DNA of 64,000 nucleotides from Paraspadella gotoi (Eukaryota > Animalia > Chaetognatha). The notes beneath the pieces are model-generated. The model had not been told where the DNA came from and ran no database searches. It saw only the letters and a list, made by a program, of their open reading frames with translations. The stretch spans positions 15,030,682 to 15,094,681 of the forward strand of contig CM119264.1 of assembly GCA_051294375.1 (NCBI GenBank), read 5' to 3'. Of this stretch, positions 36,849-50,441 are shown piece by piece (the first letter of the stretch is position 1; every line of letters begins with the position of its first letter). A program made the position numbers and the translations under genes.

Positions 36849-38087
36849 AATGGCAGAGAAAAAATGGCATAAAAGAAATAAAATGGCATAAAAGAGAGAA
36901 ATGGAGAGGAAGGGGGAAAGAAAAAGCTGGAACGCGAGTCGGAGTTGTGGGCAGAGAAGCGAAACGAGATTGAGCTACAAATTTCATGGTGACCGGTAAG
37001 TCTCGGGTTCGCGGCTGTTCCATTTTTTATCGGTATCATGAATAATTCTGCCTGTTTTCTGGGGTTAGTGTTAAATTTTTTAAAACTTGCGTTTACATTA
37101 ATTTAATTGTCTTGCAACAATGATTTTATTTCATATCCATGAAGACCGCGAAGAAAAGACAACAACAATAACCGGTTGTTGCGTATCGAACGGTCAGCGT
37201 CATGTAGCCATAAGTTCATATATAAAATACTAGTTTCAATAATTTCTTTTCTGTATCGTTGAATAAAAAAATAAATATGGAAAAACAGTAATAGAAATTT
37301 GACGTGAAATTGCTAAACGTTATATGATTTTCGTCTTTCATCGTTCGAATAGTTTTATCTAAAAAAATCTTGATGGAAGAGTNNNNNNNNNNNNNNNNNN
37401 NNNNNNNNNNNNNNNNNNNNNNNNNNNNNNNNNNNNNNNNNNNNNNNNNNNNNNNNNNNNNNNNNNNNNNNNNNNNNNNNNNNNNNNNNNNNNNNNNNNN
37501 NNNNNNNNNNNNNNNNNNNNNNNNNNNNNNNNNNNNNNNNNNNNNNNNNNNNNNNNNNNNNNNNNNNNNNNNNNNNNNNNNNNNNNNNNNNNNNNNNNNN
37601 NNNNNNNNNNNNNNNNAGAGAGAGAGAGAGAGAGAGAGAAAGAGGCAGGGAACCAGAGCCGCCACCGGAATTGAGAGTTGATAGGCTATTTGCAAAAGTG
37701 CCATCGGCGGAGCGGCTTGGTTGAAGGTAAGAAGGATGGAAGGAGATGCAGCGAGTTGACCTTGGGGGACGGAAGGAAAATCGCGCCCATTATCAATTAG
37801 GATGCGGCACCTGTAGTGGGTTATGGGAGCGGGCGTCGGGGAGACGCGACTGGGATTATCAGAATTAGGATGCGTCACTTGTTGTCGGCTTGGTTCATGT
37901 AAGAGGAGGGCGTATAAACTCGGGCTTATTGTTAGTTAGCATAAACGTAAAAATTTAAAATTATAAACCGAACGAACTCTTCCCGCACTCGGCTATCTCG
38001 TATAATTATAACCGTAAAACCACAATAAAACGTGTTTATTACTTTTTTTAACTATAACTACCCTGATACTCGGTAGTTGGTACGGCC

Positions 38088-38148
38088 ATTCAATACAAAC
38101 GTTTAACTTCGTTAGCGCCGCTAATGAAGTTAAACGTTTGGATTGAAT
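38088..38148. repeat. 61-bp near-perfect palindrome (fold-back)
   Basis: ATTCAATACAAACGTTTAACTTCGTTAGCG-C-CGCTAATGAAGTTAAACGTTTGGATTGAAT: 30-bp arms with 2 mismatches. Confidence 0.9.
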
Positions 38149-38697
38149 AGCGGTGGAATGAATGTCTCAAAAACAAAATTTAAAGCAACTGTAGAAGCCT
38201 GTCTGTGAGATTTGCGGACTTTTTCTCACGCCAGCGCGGATGAACGTCTTGAATTTCACCCGTATCGAACTGTCTAACTCGAATTTACAATTTTAAATCC
38301 ATTTCTCTCGTTAACCTCACTCGGATATCGAGGTTATAAGCAAAGTTAAAATAACGACAAAAAAATGGACCGGTCGAAAATTGACTGGAAATGAGAGAAA
38401 CGAGGCAAGATATCTTTCACCCTGTCACCCTTAATTCTGCTAAAATAGATATGTCAAGTACTTCTTCAACAGATAAGAACGATTGGAGATAAGTCGGATA
38501 ATTTAAACGAAAGACGAAGAAAGATTAATAAAAAAGCAAATTTGATTTAAGATTGCGACGTATTTTTCAAAACTTTCTTCGTCTGTTATCTATTTAATTA
38601 TTCCAAACATCGCTACGCAAAAATTGAATACCTTCCTCGGATATCAACGTTTTTATCGAAAAAGACATTTATAAATCATTATTAAAAATCATTAATC

Positions 38698-40562
38698 ATG
38701 ACCGCGAGATACAAAGACAAGGTCGTCATCGTAACCGGAGGATCAAAAGGAATCGGAGAGGGGTGCGTCCGAGTCTTTGGTAATAATACTTGTTTCATAA
38801 GTTTGAATGTATATCTTCGCCTTTTCTGAATACTTAAAATAGTATTTACATGGCGTCAATTAGCACGTTTGAATCCTAGAATAGGCTTCAACAAATCTAA
38901 CAAAAATATAGAAATTGTTTTTATTTTTTGTTTTAAACAAACAACAAACAACGACTTTTTACTAACATGTTTCGGCTCTAATTGCTAGCATTCATCAGCG
39001 CTAAATAATGCCTCTAATTCAAACGCAGCTAAAGAAGTCAAAAACAATTTACTATATATGAGGCCTTAAACCCCAAAGCAGGCAAGGCTTGTCTAAAGTA
39101 AGGGCAAGATAGCTTATTTATTAATATGAATGGATAATTTTATATTGGTTTTACCAATTTCATAACATATCATTATCTTGTAAGAGTGATGGAGGCCTTA
39201 AACAATCAAAGCCTGTCCAAAATCAGGGACAAGATTTATGAAATGAATGGATAATTTTTATATTGGTTATACAATTTCATATCTAAACAATAACAGTAAG
39301 AAACGGTTCGAAAGTTGTTTTCTGCGCACGGAACGAAGAAGAAGGACACCGTCTCGAAAATGAACTTAATTCAAATCCAGGTCAACGCCAAGACATAAAT
39401 TCCTCAACTGATTAACAAACACTATGATAAAATTGCATCTATCTATTCACATCTATCAACAGAGAACTCGGGAACAGCTGTGTTTCGACGCTGCGACGTG
39501 AGAAACGAAGAAGAAATCAAATCTCTCGTAAAATTCACCCTCGATCGATTTGGACAACTCGATTGCCTCATCAACAACGCGGGGTGGCATCCGCCCCATG
39601 CGCCCATCGACGACTTCACTAGTCAGGTGCCTGTACAGATGGTGGTGTCCGTCTTTTTTCACCCAACACGAGTTCATAGCGGGCATCCTGAGGGTAAGAA
39701 GGGTTCATGGCAACAGGGTCAATGGCCAGGGGTAATTATTTTAACGGTAAGAGGAGAATCCTGTTTAACTTTCTCTCTCTCTCTCTCTCTCTCCCCCAAG
39801 GATTTTCGTTCTCTCCTGGAGTTAAACTTGGTAAGTTACTTCGTGGCATGCAAGTACGCCTTGCCTCACCTTCGAGCCTCCCGCGGGAATGTCATCAACA
39901 TGTCGAGTCTCGTGGCGACGATGGGTCAGGTCGGGGCCGTCTCCTACGTGACCACAAAAGGAGGAATACTAGGCCTTACCAACGCGTTGTCCGTCGACGA
40001 GGCCAAGTAAGGACGTAGACCGTGGGGGGGGGGTGAGGAACGGTGAGAAGAAGTAAAGTTTATGATATGACCGACGCGATTGATCAAAGGATTAATCTCC
40101 AAAACGATATCTAATTATGACAGAGATTTTGTAAATTCGATGGGAAGAAAAGGTTCAAATTCCTGCCTATTAAAATATTTTCTAAATACGAGACAGGTAC
40201 AACGTCCGTGTCAACGCTGTGTCGCCTGGCAACGTTTGGACGCCGCTGTGGGATGAAAATGCGAAACAGACGGACGATGCGCAAAAGGCGAAAAAAGATG
40301 GTGAGAGAAGCTCGATAACTGTTGAATAACCATTTTGCATAAATCTGATTGGCTTAATGGCAGAAACCCAAAAAAAATTGATCGTCGCATAGGCGAAGAC
40401 GCTCAGCTGATTGGTCGGATGGGAACCATCGAGGAGGCAGGAGAGGCCTGCCTTTTCTTGGCTGCGGAGGCCACTTTTTGCACGGGTGTCAATCTGCCTC
40501 TCACAGGAGGCGCGGAATTGAGTTATGGATTCAAAAATCGAATAGAACAATCACGGATTTGA
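38698..40562 (+). CDS. HSD17B14: 17-beta-hydroxysteroid dehydrogenase 14-like / L-fucose dehydrogenase (classical SDR)
   Basis: Six phase-compatible exons: 38698-38779, 39297-39380, 39463-39626, 39801-40006, 40197-40300, 40393-40562. Motifs [70 protein letters not shown] near 40728. Confidence 0.93.
38963..38998 (-). ncRNA. Degenerate Penelope-type minimal hammerhead ribozyme motif
   Basis: Minus strand CTGATGA-atgct..agcc-GAAA-CATG-TT has both core boxes and the palindromic ACATGT stem III. Stems I and II are imperfect. Confidence 0.4.
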
Positions 40563-41856
40563 TTTTGGGTGGTCCGGAGATTTGAAAAAAAATTTGCAAT
40601 ATTTACAAATTTGAGTTACCCCTTGATTTGGCTTCTTTTTTTTCTTTCGGGCATCGATTCGCGCATGCTAAGTCAAATATATTAATTAGTGCATTTGATG
40701 ACATAAAATTACTCTCAATCTTTTACGAATAAACTCTCGCCGTCCAAAATTAAAAAAAATACACTTCGCTCCGTCAATTCCAGAGTCGACCAGTTCCGAA
40801 TTCGCCTCCTATGATCCGGGTTGTATCCACATCCGGTTGTATCCACATCCGGTTCAGAATCCCAATCGTCGTTTCATTGCGATTCCAGGTGAAAAATGAA
40901 GTCGCTTCTCCCGCGACGCAGAAGAGGCCATCTCGCGGCGTAAAACAAATCGACTCCACCGTCGCTCGTTATCGTCGTCCTCATCGTTTTCGTCATCGTC
41001 GTCGTTGTCGTTATTGATTTTGCTGGCGTTATCCCCGTATCAATTAAAAAAATGCTGGTTCAATCGTTTTTTTTAATCCTACATCGAATCAAACCAGGCC
41101 TAACAAAGAGCTGCAGAAGTTAAATCCTTTTGTCACTGTTATATCATCGAACGCTTTGGTATCACCTTCAATACATCACAGTAATCGTCGAAGTCATTAT
41201 TCGCGTTATCTCCGACGATAAATCATCCGCCCGTGTTTGGTCTCGCCCGTCGTTCGCAAATCCTGCGAACAAAAGCGAACAAAAGCGAACGGTCGTTATC
41301 TCCGCGCGAACGTTGGAAAGATTGACGAGAGTCTTGCAGAAGTTTTAAAACCCTTAGGAATTGGTTATTTTTTCAAACTCACTTAATGATTAAACTTTTA
41401 TAAACTTTCGGGGAGTTGCCTCCCACGTGGTGGGATTTCCAATTTTTAATAGAATTTTTAGTGAATCCAGATTTCGAAAAATAATAAATAATAAACCTGT
41501 AAGGAAAAGTTTGGTAGTGTTTTGACCTTCGAAAAGTAAGCGCCGTGATCCTAAAGGCTGAAACAGAAGAGTTAATCCAAGCGATCGCCTCTTGGCGATG
41601 GAACTGAAATTTAATGTCAGTTTATTCCGAAAATCGGACGAGAAATGATTTGAAAATCAAGCCGAGATTTTTTAGGAGCTTATTTTCTTTTCTTTTTTTA
41701 TTATTTTTTTGGAGAAGCAACATTAGAACTAGTCATATCTAACCTTTTTAATTTTTTTAAACACTTTTTTGGTTAATGCCAGATTACAAAATCACTTTGC
41801 GGTTTGCGGTCTCGGTCTCGCTCTCCCTTCCCCGTTTTTCCGTTTTTCGATCTCCG

Positions 41857-41896
<40 letters not shown>

Positions 41897-44492
41897 TCCC
41901 TTCCGTATTTCTTTTTCTGAACGGGACAAAGGGAAACATCAAAGATTCCTTATGTTTGGAATTTTTCTTCCTTTGTTTACTCCACAACAAAACAAATCGT
42001 CGGGTTCCTCCCTCACTTCCCCTCCCCTTCCTCCTCCTCCTCCTCCTTCTTCCTCCTCTTAATCTGAATTTAGAAACCATCATTCCCAGCTTTCTTCCAG
42101 TCCCGAGAAAAAAAGAGCAAGAGATGGAGACTTATCGAAAAAGAGCAAAGATAGACGATGAAAAAAAAAGCGGAGAGGAGAAAAAAAAACGAGTGGAAAT
42201 CAGAGACAAAAAAGAAATGGAGTGCGTCTGAGAGAGAGAGAGAGAAAGATGAAAAGAAAAGAAAAGAGGAACGAAATGGAATACGGTTTGTGAGTGAGAC
42301 GGAGAGAAAGAGAAGTTTTTGGTTAAAGGTTAGAAAGAAAAGAGAGCGAAGAAAACGAAGGGAGAGAGGAAAGAAAAGAAAATAGGAGAGAAGAATAAAA
42401 AAGAAGAGAGAAAAGGCAAAGATCTTTCTTTAATTCGTGTCCTATAATTTAAAAAAATTCTGAATTTATTCGTATCTATTATAATTTTACGTTCCGATAG
42501 TCGTACATAATAAACAAAATAATCTCTTTTATTAAGTTNNNNNNNNNNGATAGTCGTACATAATGAAAATAAACCCTTTTATTAAGTTCCGATATTTTTA
42601 CGTGTTTTTTTTATGTTGGATTAAGGTTTGTTCCTACATCAAGGATGTGATCGTGATTCGAGACAGACTGACGAAAAAAAATAAAGGAAAATCTAAGTGG
42701 TGAAGACAGAAGATTAGAAGAGGGAAGGGACAGAGTAAAATGGCGAGTAAGAATGGGAAAAGGCGAGGGGGAGGTGGTAGAGGTGAGGAAGAGTGGTAGG
42801 AAGTTAGTAATTGAGGGTGGAGGCGAGGGAGGGGGGGGGAGTGAGGGCGAGTGAAATGAAGCGAAGGAGAGAGAAAGGAGGCGTCCAAGAGTGGGAGTAG
42901 TCCAGGGACACGAGAGTGAGGCGGACGTGTGGAAAAGCTTTCACTTGACACCATATATTTTCGCCTTTGAGTTTAACTCGAAAAGACTTTCGATCTATGT
43001 TACCTTGTTACATACAGTCTGGAAAACTTATTTCTTTAATTCTAAGCACCGACCCCGGCGAGAGTTCAGGCGCCACCAACGCCATCAACGCCACAGACGC
43101 CAGCATCGGATCCGTGATTTTCGCAGGTCAAAGGCGGCACCGCGTCCCAGGGATTCCGGTTTATCGGGTCGAGGGGGCACGGGGTTACCGGTCGGGGTGC
43201 TATAAAGAGAATCGCACCGGCGACCTTGTCTTTAGAAGCTGGCGTTCGACAGTTCATTTTCCATCTTTATTTCTCATGACTAAAACAAATAACATCAAGA
43301 CTGACCCAATACTCGCCTTACTCAATCCCTAATTTCTAGCTCCGTTTGGTCATCGGAAAATAGTTTTAACTTTCTAAATGAATCACAATTTAAAAAAAAA
43401 AATTTAAGTTTAGCTTTGCCTAATTTTTTATAAAAAACAAATCTCTTTTTCTAAGCTTTCTCCCTCTCTCTTTTTTACTTCCGGAATCTGATTCCTCTAG
43501 TCTCTCATTTCTAAATCCATTTCTTTTCTCATATCCTCTTTTCCAAATCTGTTTTTTTCTTCTTTCCTCTTTTTTTAAATCCATTTCCTCTCTCCTTTCC
43601 CCTTTTCTAAATCCATTTTTTCTCACCTCTTCTCCTTTCTCACTTGTCTTCGCGGTTCTCACTTCGTTCTCATTTTTTTCCCTTCCTAATCCGCTCTCTA
43701 CTATCTTCTCTATGATTTCGCTTTTCCCCTTTCTTTTATCCCTTTCCTTCTATGCCTTTCGTCTCCTTCCTATTTTACTTTATAAGTCGCACTTTCTCTT
43801 CTACTAATTTCTAGCTTCCCTTCTCTTTAAACCAATTTCCTTCACTTTTTATTTACTATCTCGTTTCTTAATACCCTCCGTTCTCTTCCATTCCTTCTTA
43901 TTCATTCCTCCTCCTCTCCTCCATCTATCACTCCTTTCCTTTCTATAGTTCCTCCTCTCCCTCTTTTCTTCTGCCCTTCCTCCACCAATACCCGCTCCTT
44001 CCTCCCTTCTTCCCCTTCTCGCCTTTTCCAGATTCGGGAGATCCAGTGATTTATCGAAGAGAAAAGGAGCGACTCAGTGGACGGGCAACCACAGGATTTT
44101 ATCCCATTTGTTTTTTCTTTTTTATTTTCTTTTCTCTCTGTGTTCTTTGTTTCTCTCTTTCTTATGCGTTATCTTTTCTTTTTTTCTTCTTCTTTTTTAT
44201 ATTTTTGACTTTCTTAGATACTTTCTCTCAGTTTGTGTTTTGAGTTGCGCCAGGACTAAAATATTAAAATTATAACTTTTTTCGGACAAAAATAGAAGTA
44301 TAACTATAATATCTAAAAAAATAGGAAAAATAAAGAGATAAAAAGTTGATGAGCGACTTAGGGAATCGCCATCTTGGTTTTTTTCCCCCCATCTTTTTTT
44401 CAACTTAGGCTCCACAAAAAAGTGTCTAACGTCTACAGTCATAAAAACTTAAAATAGGGTACACGCAGTTTATCACTCTCTCTCTCTCTCTT

Positions 44493-44564
<72 letters not shown>

Positions 44565-47105
44565 CTCTCTCCCTTTTTTTCTCTCTCATATAAAATACGC
44601 GAAAAGAAAACGCGGGATTTAAAATCCTGGGTTCCCAGTGTGCATCGTATTTTCCATTTGCATATCAAAGCCTCTCCACTTTCCTCGTTGATGACACTCA
44701 TGCATCAACTTCTTCACCCTCGCCAGAGGCGCTAGTGGTAGAAGTCTGGCAATAAAATGTAGAAAACAAAGGAACTACGCTCTAGTGATTTGTGAATATA
44801 AAGCTCGGTCTATAAGTTTGTAAGATATTAACAGTTGTGGGTAAAAACTTGGCTTTCACCATTTGAGCTTATCTGTGTTCTAAGACACAGCGTCTGTTAT
44901 CGGAGCTGGAAAGAAACATATTAAGACTTGCGTTAAACATGCGCAACTTTCATATATCAAGAAATTCCATAATCTTCTTACTCTCCACTCACCCTTTTCG
45001 TTTCCATCAACAAACTTTCACGTAGGTTCCTCCACTAGCGACTTGCCCCACGGCGGAAATTTGTTCGAAAAAATCTTTTCTCCATATTTTTTTTCCTTTT
45101 TTTTTTTTTTGCTTTTAAGCTTCGTTTTTTCTCATTTCTTTTTATGCTCTTCCATTTTTTGTTCTATTTTTTCATTGCCAGTCATTTTTATGCCGACGAA
45201 TTCTTGGGACTTGAGGATCATTCAACGTTTAATGTTTTCTTGACTAAAAGATAGATAATGACTCAATCATTAAAGAGTGAAATAAATAAAATGGCTTCAA
45301 TAAGAAGCTTACAATCGTTTTAAAAAAATGAAGGTTGGGAAAAGATCGTCCGCAACTGTTATTATGCTTAATTATTAACTGTAAATTGTATTTCAAATAT
45401 TAATTCCCTTTTTATCCTTTGAATAGTTTTAATTTAATTTACATAATACATATGTCGTTCTCCTCTTCGTCTTTTTCCACTCGCCAGCTCACAACCGGAT
45501 TACTCCAGAGGAATTAGTATATGTAACATCTGATGTTGTTGTCGTTTTTACTCATCATCGCTCGTTCGTAATCCCGAGGCTCAAAGCGCCAAGGCAAAGA
45601 TACTGGGCAACACTTTGCGATGCCCGAAGAACCTAGGAATCGGGACCCAAACGGAGGACTTGGGACTGGGAGACCCGAACCCCGTTTTAGATCCGGAACC
45701 GAGAAGACTTAACCCTTCGTCCAGATCTCGATTCTATTTTCCGATGATTCGTCAGTTTTGCTTTTTCTGTTGGGGAAAGGCGAGCGGTTAAAACGAAGGG
45801 GAAAGGGGGGGGGCGAGAAAAGAGGGGGAAATGTGTGAAATAAAGGGTAGAAGGAGTCAGTTACCCTCCACGTGAACACCGGTAGAGCCCATGATCGGAG
45901 TGGTGGAGTATAAACTAATAAAGAGACAGAAGTGGATACTAGGAAGTATTGAAAACAGACTTAGACTTAGAGCGACAGTGGTTCAGTAATAGCGCGTGAG
46001 AATAACAATCAGTATCACTAATGACATCAACACCGCCATCGTATCATAAACAAAACGCTACTCGCCTCGAGTGGGAACTGTTCTCTTTAAATTAAATCAG
46101 GACGTTTTATTTGCATAAATTCACTGTGAGCCAACGGCAAAATCAAAGAGCGTTGTAATAAAAGTTATGTAAAACTCTATATGTTTTACCCAAGAAGCTA
46201 ATATTCTTATTCTTAATAAACTACAATCATTTCGTTTAAAAAAAACAAGTTCTGTAGTAGTCTTTTGTATTATTATGACTCAAACTCCAGCTCCGATAAA
46301 ATGCTAATATTTAAATATAGCTAGTAATTTTTTTTCTATTTGAAAACCCACTAGACTTTTCTGAAACCACTGTGCGACTCTGGCAAGAATCGTCGCCTCA
46401 GTTTATTTATTACTTTTCCCGCCGGCTGGGGTCACGTTGAAGGGTTGGAAGAGATGTAGGTGGTTGGGGGGGGGAGAGATAGGGGGTTGATTGAGGCGAG
46501 TGAGATCCCGTGAGTATGTAAAATCGTTGAGGAAGAGCAGACGGAGATAACATTGGCTAGTGTTGAAGGGTATGGATTGAGTCAAGTATTACTGGGCTGC
46601 TTGCAATAGAAGCTTGTTACAAGAGAGAAGGAGATGCTGCGGCAAGGGAGAGAAAACGTCGCGTGTGGTAATTCCGATTCACAAAGTGGCGGCTTTGTGG
46701 TAACACCGCATTGATAACGCGATGGCAATGAGATGGCAATAAGAAAAAACCGCATTTGCCGAGATAACGGCTGAGACAAACAACGGACTCTATAATCTCA
46801 CCAATACCCCCTTCGCCTTCAGCCTTCACTGCTCCTCCTTCGCCTCTGAGACCAAGCGTCGCCACACACTTTTATCTCTTCCTTTTCCTTTCCTCTTTTT
46901 CCTCCTTATGCCCCCTCTCACTCTTTCCATCCCCCTCCCCACACGCCTCATCAATTCTCCCTCACTCAGTCACCCTCCCCTTTCTCGTCCCGTTGTGCCA
47001 GGCGTGGCGCGCCGCGTGAAGATAAATATGAAAAATGGGGATATTTCTGGGTTTCACCCGTAATGGTTAATAGGCAGAATTAGAGATAAGCCACACACGT
47101 GCTCG

Positions 47106-47148
<43 letters not shown>

Positions 47149-49439
47149 GCAATCTCTCTCTCTCTCTCTCTCCCCGCGTGCGCTCTCGACTCAAGGCGGC
47201 TTTCGAGAAGGCGCGGACGTGAAAAGCCGAACGTCGAACCTTGTTGATTTGGTTTGTTATTGTTTTATCTCTTTTTTTGTATTTTTTTGTTTTGATTCTT
47301 TTCCTTTTCTTATTCTCCAATAGTCGGGAAACAGATGTAGCTATTCAAATGTTTCCCTTTTGAACGACTCGATGTGCTCAATGCCTCCTTCAACAGTCAA
47401 CACATCTCACGGTGACTATAAAGTTGCATCGAGAAGTGAAGTGACAGCTCATGAAGCCAGAGATCGGCAGGGTTTGGACTGAGCACAGATCAGAGAGTGG
47501 CCAGGAGGTCCGACTGGGAACTTTATTAAGTTCGCCTTTCGATCAGGACTTAGATTAATTTATTACTACGATAAACAAAGATCAATGAAAACATGGGCCA
47601 AGGCCATATTTAAATCCCGCTGAATGACAATGATTTTACATGTATTAACCCAATTTATTTTTTATCAATATCATGATCATCCCATCTTATCACACGAAAC
47701 TCAGTTTCCGCCTTAATTTCTTTTAACCTTCGGATGGTCTTCCTCCTTTCTTCTAAAGCTCCACTTGGTCCTAACTCTAACCTTTCAGATTCTGTAAATC
47801 CGCATGCGAAGTAAGCCCGTCGGGGACTGAGCAAGTTGGCAAAAAAAAAAAAAGCAAAGAAGCAAATATAGTAAAATTTAGAATTAAAGATTTAACGATT
47901 TAGTTTTTTTCATCTTTGAGGAATCGGACTTCCAGTGTTATTTCCCGTCGTAAAGAAGGTCTCCGGCCAAGGCTTCGTCCTTCTCCCCCTCTTCCCCGCC
48001 TTTTTCTCCAAACTTTCATTTTTCATCCAACGCGGAAGAAATCTTTTTCAAAGAAACGGTTTCCACGACTTATGAGCTCCTCACGCCTCGGTCCCTCGGT
48101 CCTCTTCCTCCTCCTCCTCTTCATCCTCCTCGTCCTAATTATCATCATTCTTCGGTTTCAACATCCTAATTCATTCAGATATCCTCCCCCTTACGACATC
48201 TTTATCGTTCCTTCCTCAAAATTTTGTTATACAATTCTATTATAATTTTTCTCTCTCCTTTTTTCGGCTACTGTTGGTAAGCCAACCGGCCCAGGAACAA
48301 TGGATTTATTATTTTCACCTCAAGAATTTATTTTTATTGGATAGAAAAGAAAATCGGAGCATTTTATTTCCCCCTTAATTCAGATTCAAATATCCGTATA
48401 ATTTTTGGAGGAAAAATAATTTTAAAAATCCCTAGGGACTTAATAAAAGAGAAATTATGAGCACCGAATGAAATTACCTTCCCCGCATCGTCCTAGTTGT
48501 ATAATGGATGTATGCATTTACTTTTCCTCTTGCTATGTAGGCTTTTCAATTCCACTCTGTCATCACCTCGTCTAGCGACGCCTTTGGCAGAAGAAAAAAG
48601 TTGAAAAATGGCATCGGTTGCCAGGGAACCGTTTGGTTACCAGAGTTTTTTATGTCAAGTTGCTTTCCAAGTGCTCCGCATCTGCTCGTCTTTTCGCAGA
48701 TATGTCGTGACTCTTGATTTATTTTCAAACAAATTTAGAGCCACTCTTTGAATAGAAGAAGGCAGCTACTTTCCATAAGAAAACTAGCAGATCAGGGTTT
48801 ACCCTGTTACAACATCGTGATGAGATGTATCTCTAAACGAACTGTAATTCTTGTTTATCTGGTAAATTTTTAAAAAATACTTAAAAAATTGTATCGAGCA
48901 GTATTTGCCCAATTAGAAAGATGATAACGATTAAAGAACGTTCGCAAGCAGAACAAAAATATTGATATGAATACTTTTCTTTTTCCTTTTGTCATTCATG
49001 ACACGGAAGTATGTTCGTCGTCGTCACAGTCGTCGTTGTCGTCGTCGCCTTCTTTGTCGTCATCATACGACGACGTCGTCGGGTTCAAGGCAAGGCTAAT
49101 TCTCATTCATAAAAATCTGGATTGAAGCCGTTATGAAATCTAAAAGAAGAAAAGGGTAGGGAAGAAGGGAGTGGGAAAGAGAGACGTTGGACAATATTCT
49201 ACATTTCAAGAACCCATAAAGCTTTTTTTAGGCCGAATTGCGGGTTTCAAAAATCTCCCCTGCGACTATCCAGACAATTCAACCCTTAAAATATTATGAT
49301 CATCGCCTATAGGCACTACATTCTTCCTCTAATATTTTCCTGTTTCTTTCATCATTCTTTACCGATTTTTAGCATTTATTTATTTATTCATTTATTTATC
49401 TATTTTATTTATTTAGTTTTTATTGTTTTTCTTATTTTA

Positions 49440-50441
49440 CCCCGTGTCCGTTCGCGAGTGACACAAAAAAATTATACTTTAAATATTTTGTAAACATAAT
49501 TCATAAGTATATCATTAGTTGGAGAACTACTTGACGTTTTTTATGTATAAGTTTCATTTTGTGTTTAATTTATTTACTATTCTTTGTTTAATTTTTTTAT
49601 CTAACACAGTAAAATTGGCATAAAAAAAACAATTTAGGCGTGTTCTTGATTGAATTTTTAAAAAAAATTATATCATAAGAAATCCCTATTAATGTTCTAA
49701 TCAATGGCGTATCTGAATTATCGTAATGTTGAGTAATTTTTGAATAATAATTTTTTATGAAATTGGTACAACCAATATAAAAATTATCCATTCATTTAAT
49801 AAATAAGCTATCTTGCCCCTGACTTTGGACAGGCTTTGGTGGTTTAAGGCCTCCATCACTCTTACAAGATAATGACATAGCAGGTCCCTGCAAGTTTTCA
49901 ATCAAGACTCTCTCACAGTCTTGTTTATTCACTCCCAGAGTACCTGGCTTCCCTATCAATGAAGTGGAAAATATTTCAAAGAATGTTTCAATTGTATGAA
50001 AAGACCACTCCCTTAAGTATTAGATCGGGGAATACTTATTTATTTTTTTAATTGTAAATCTTAAGTTTTTTTATACAATTCGTCCAATTTGAAAAAAATA
50101 CTATCATGAGCATGTTCTTGACTGTTTTAAATAATTATTTTATATCGTAAGGATTCCCAGATAATTCTTAATTTAATGGTGTAAATGAATTTTGATAATT
50201 TTAAGCATTTAATGAGTAATTAATTTATAATGATTTTCTTTTTTAAAAAGATTCAGTTTTTTACCGAAGATGAAATTGGATGACCATTAAAGAAAAGTTG
50301 TTTTTCATAAGTATATATCAAATTAAAATATAACAAACGTCCAGTACTTTGCTACAGAATGAAGAAAAAAAACTTAAAAAATATTTATCCAATGAGAAAT
50401 GGTACGCATTTTTTTGGTGTCACTCGCGAACGGACACGGGG
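49440..50441. mobile_element. ~1.0 kb non-autonomous DNA transposon (MITE), Tc1/mariner-type TA target duplication
   Basis: Terminal inverted repeats CCCCGTGTCCGTTCGCGAGTGACAC (49440) and GTGTCACTCGCGAACGGACACGGGG (ending 50441). TA lies immediately outside both ends. No coding capacity. Confidence 0.85.

Noticed and set aside
24352-40562. Functional fucose cluster (lectin + L-fucose dehydrogenase)
   Set aside because: No F-type lectin fucose-binding motif is evident in the discoidin domain, and adjacency alone is weak evidence in a eukaryote.
40774-40959. Minus ORF containing TTRIIGG, like a protease activation site
   Set aside because: A stop follows shortly with no PW/CGG motif, and it overlaps a local 16-bp duplication.
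43090-43200. Minus-strand PPRPDKPE resembling NPY/NPF peptides
   Set aside because: No signal peptide and no RxRF/Y-GKR amidation motif.
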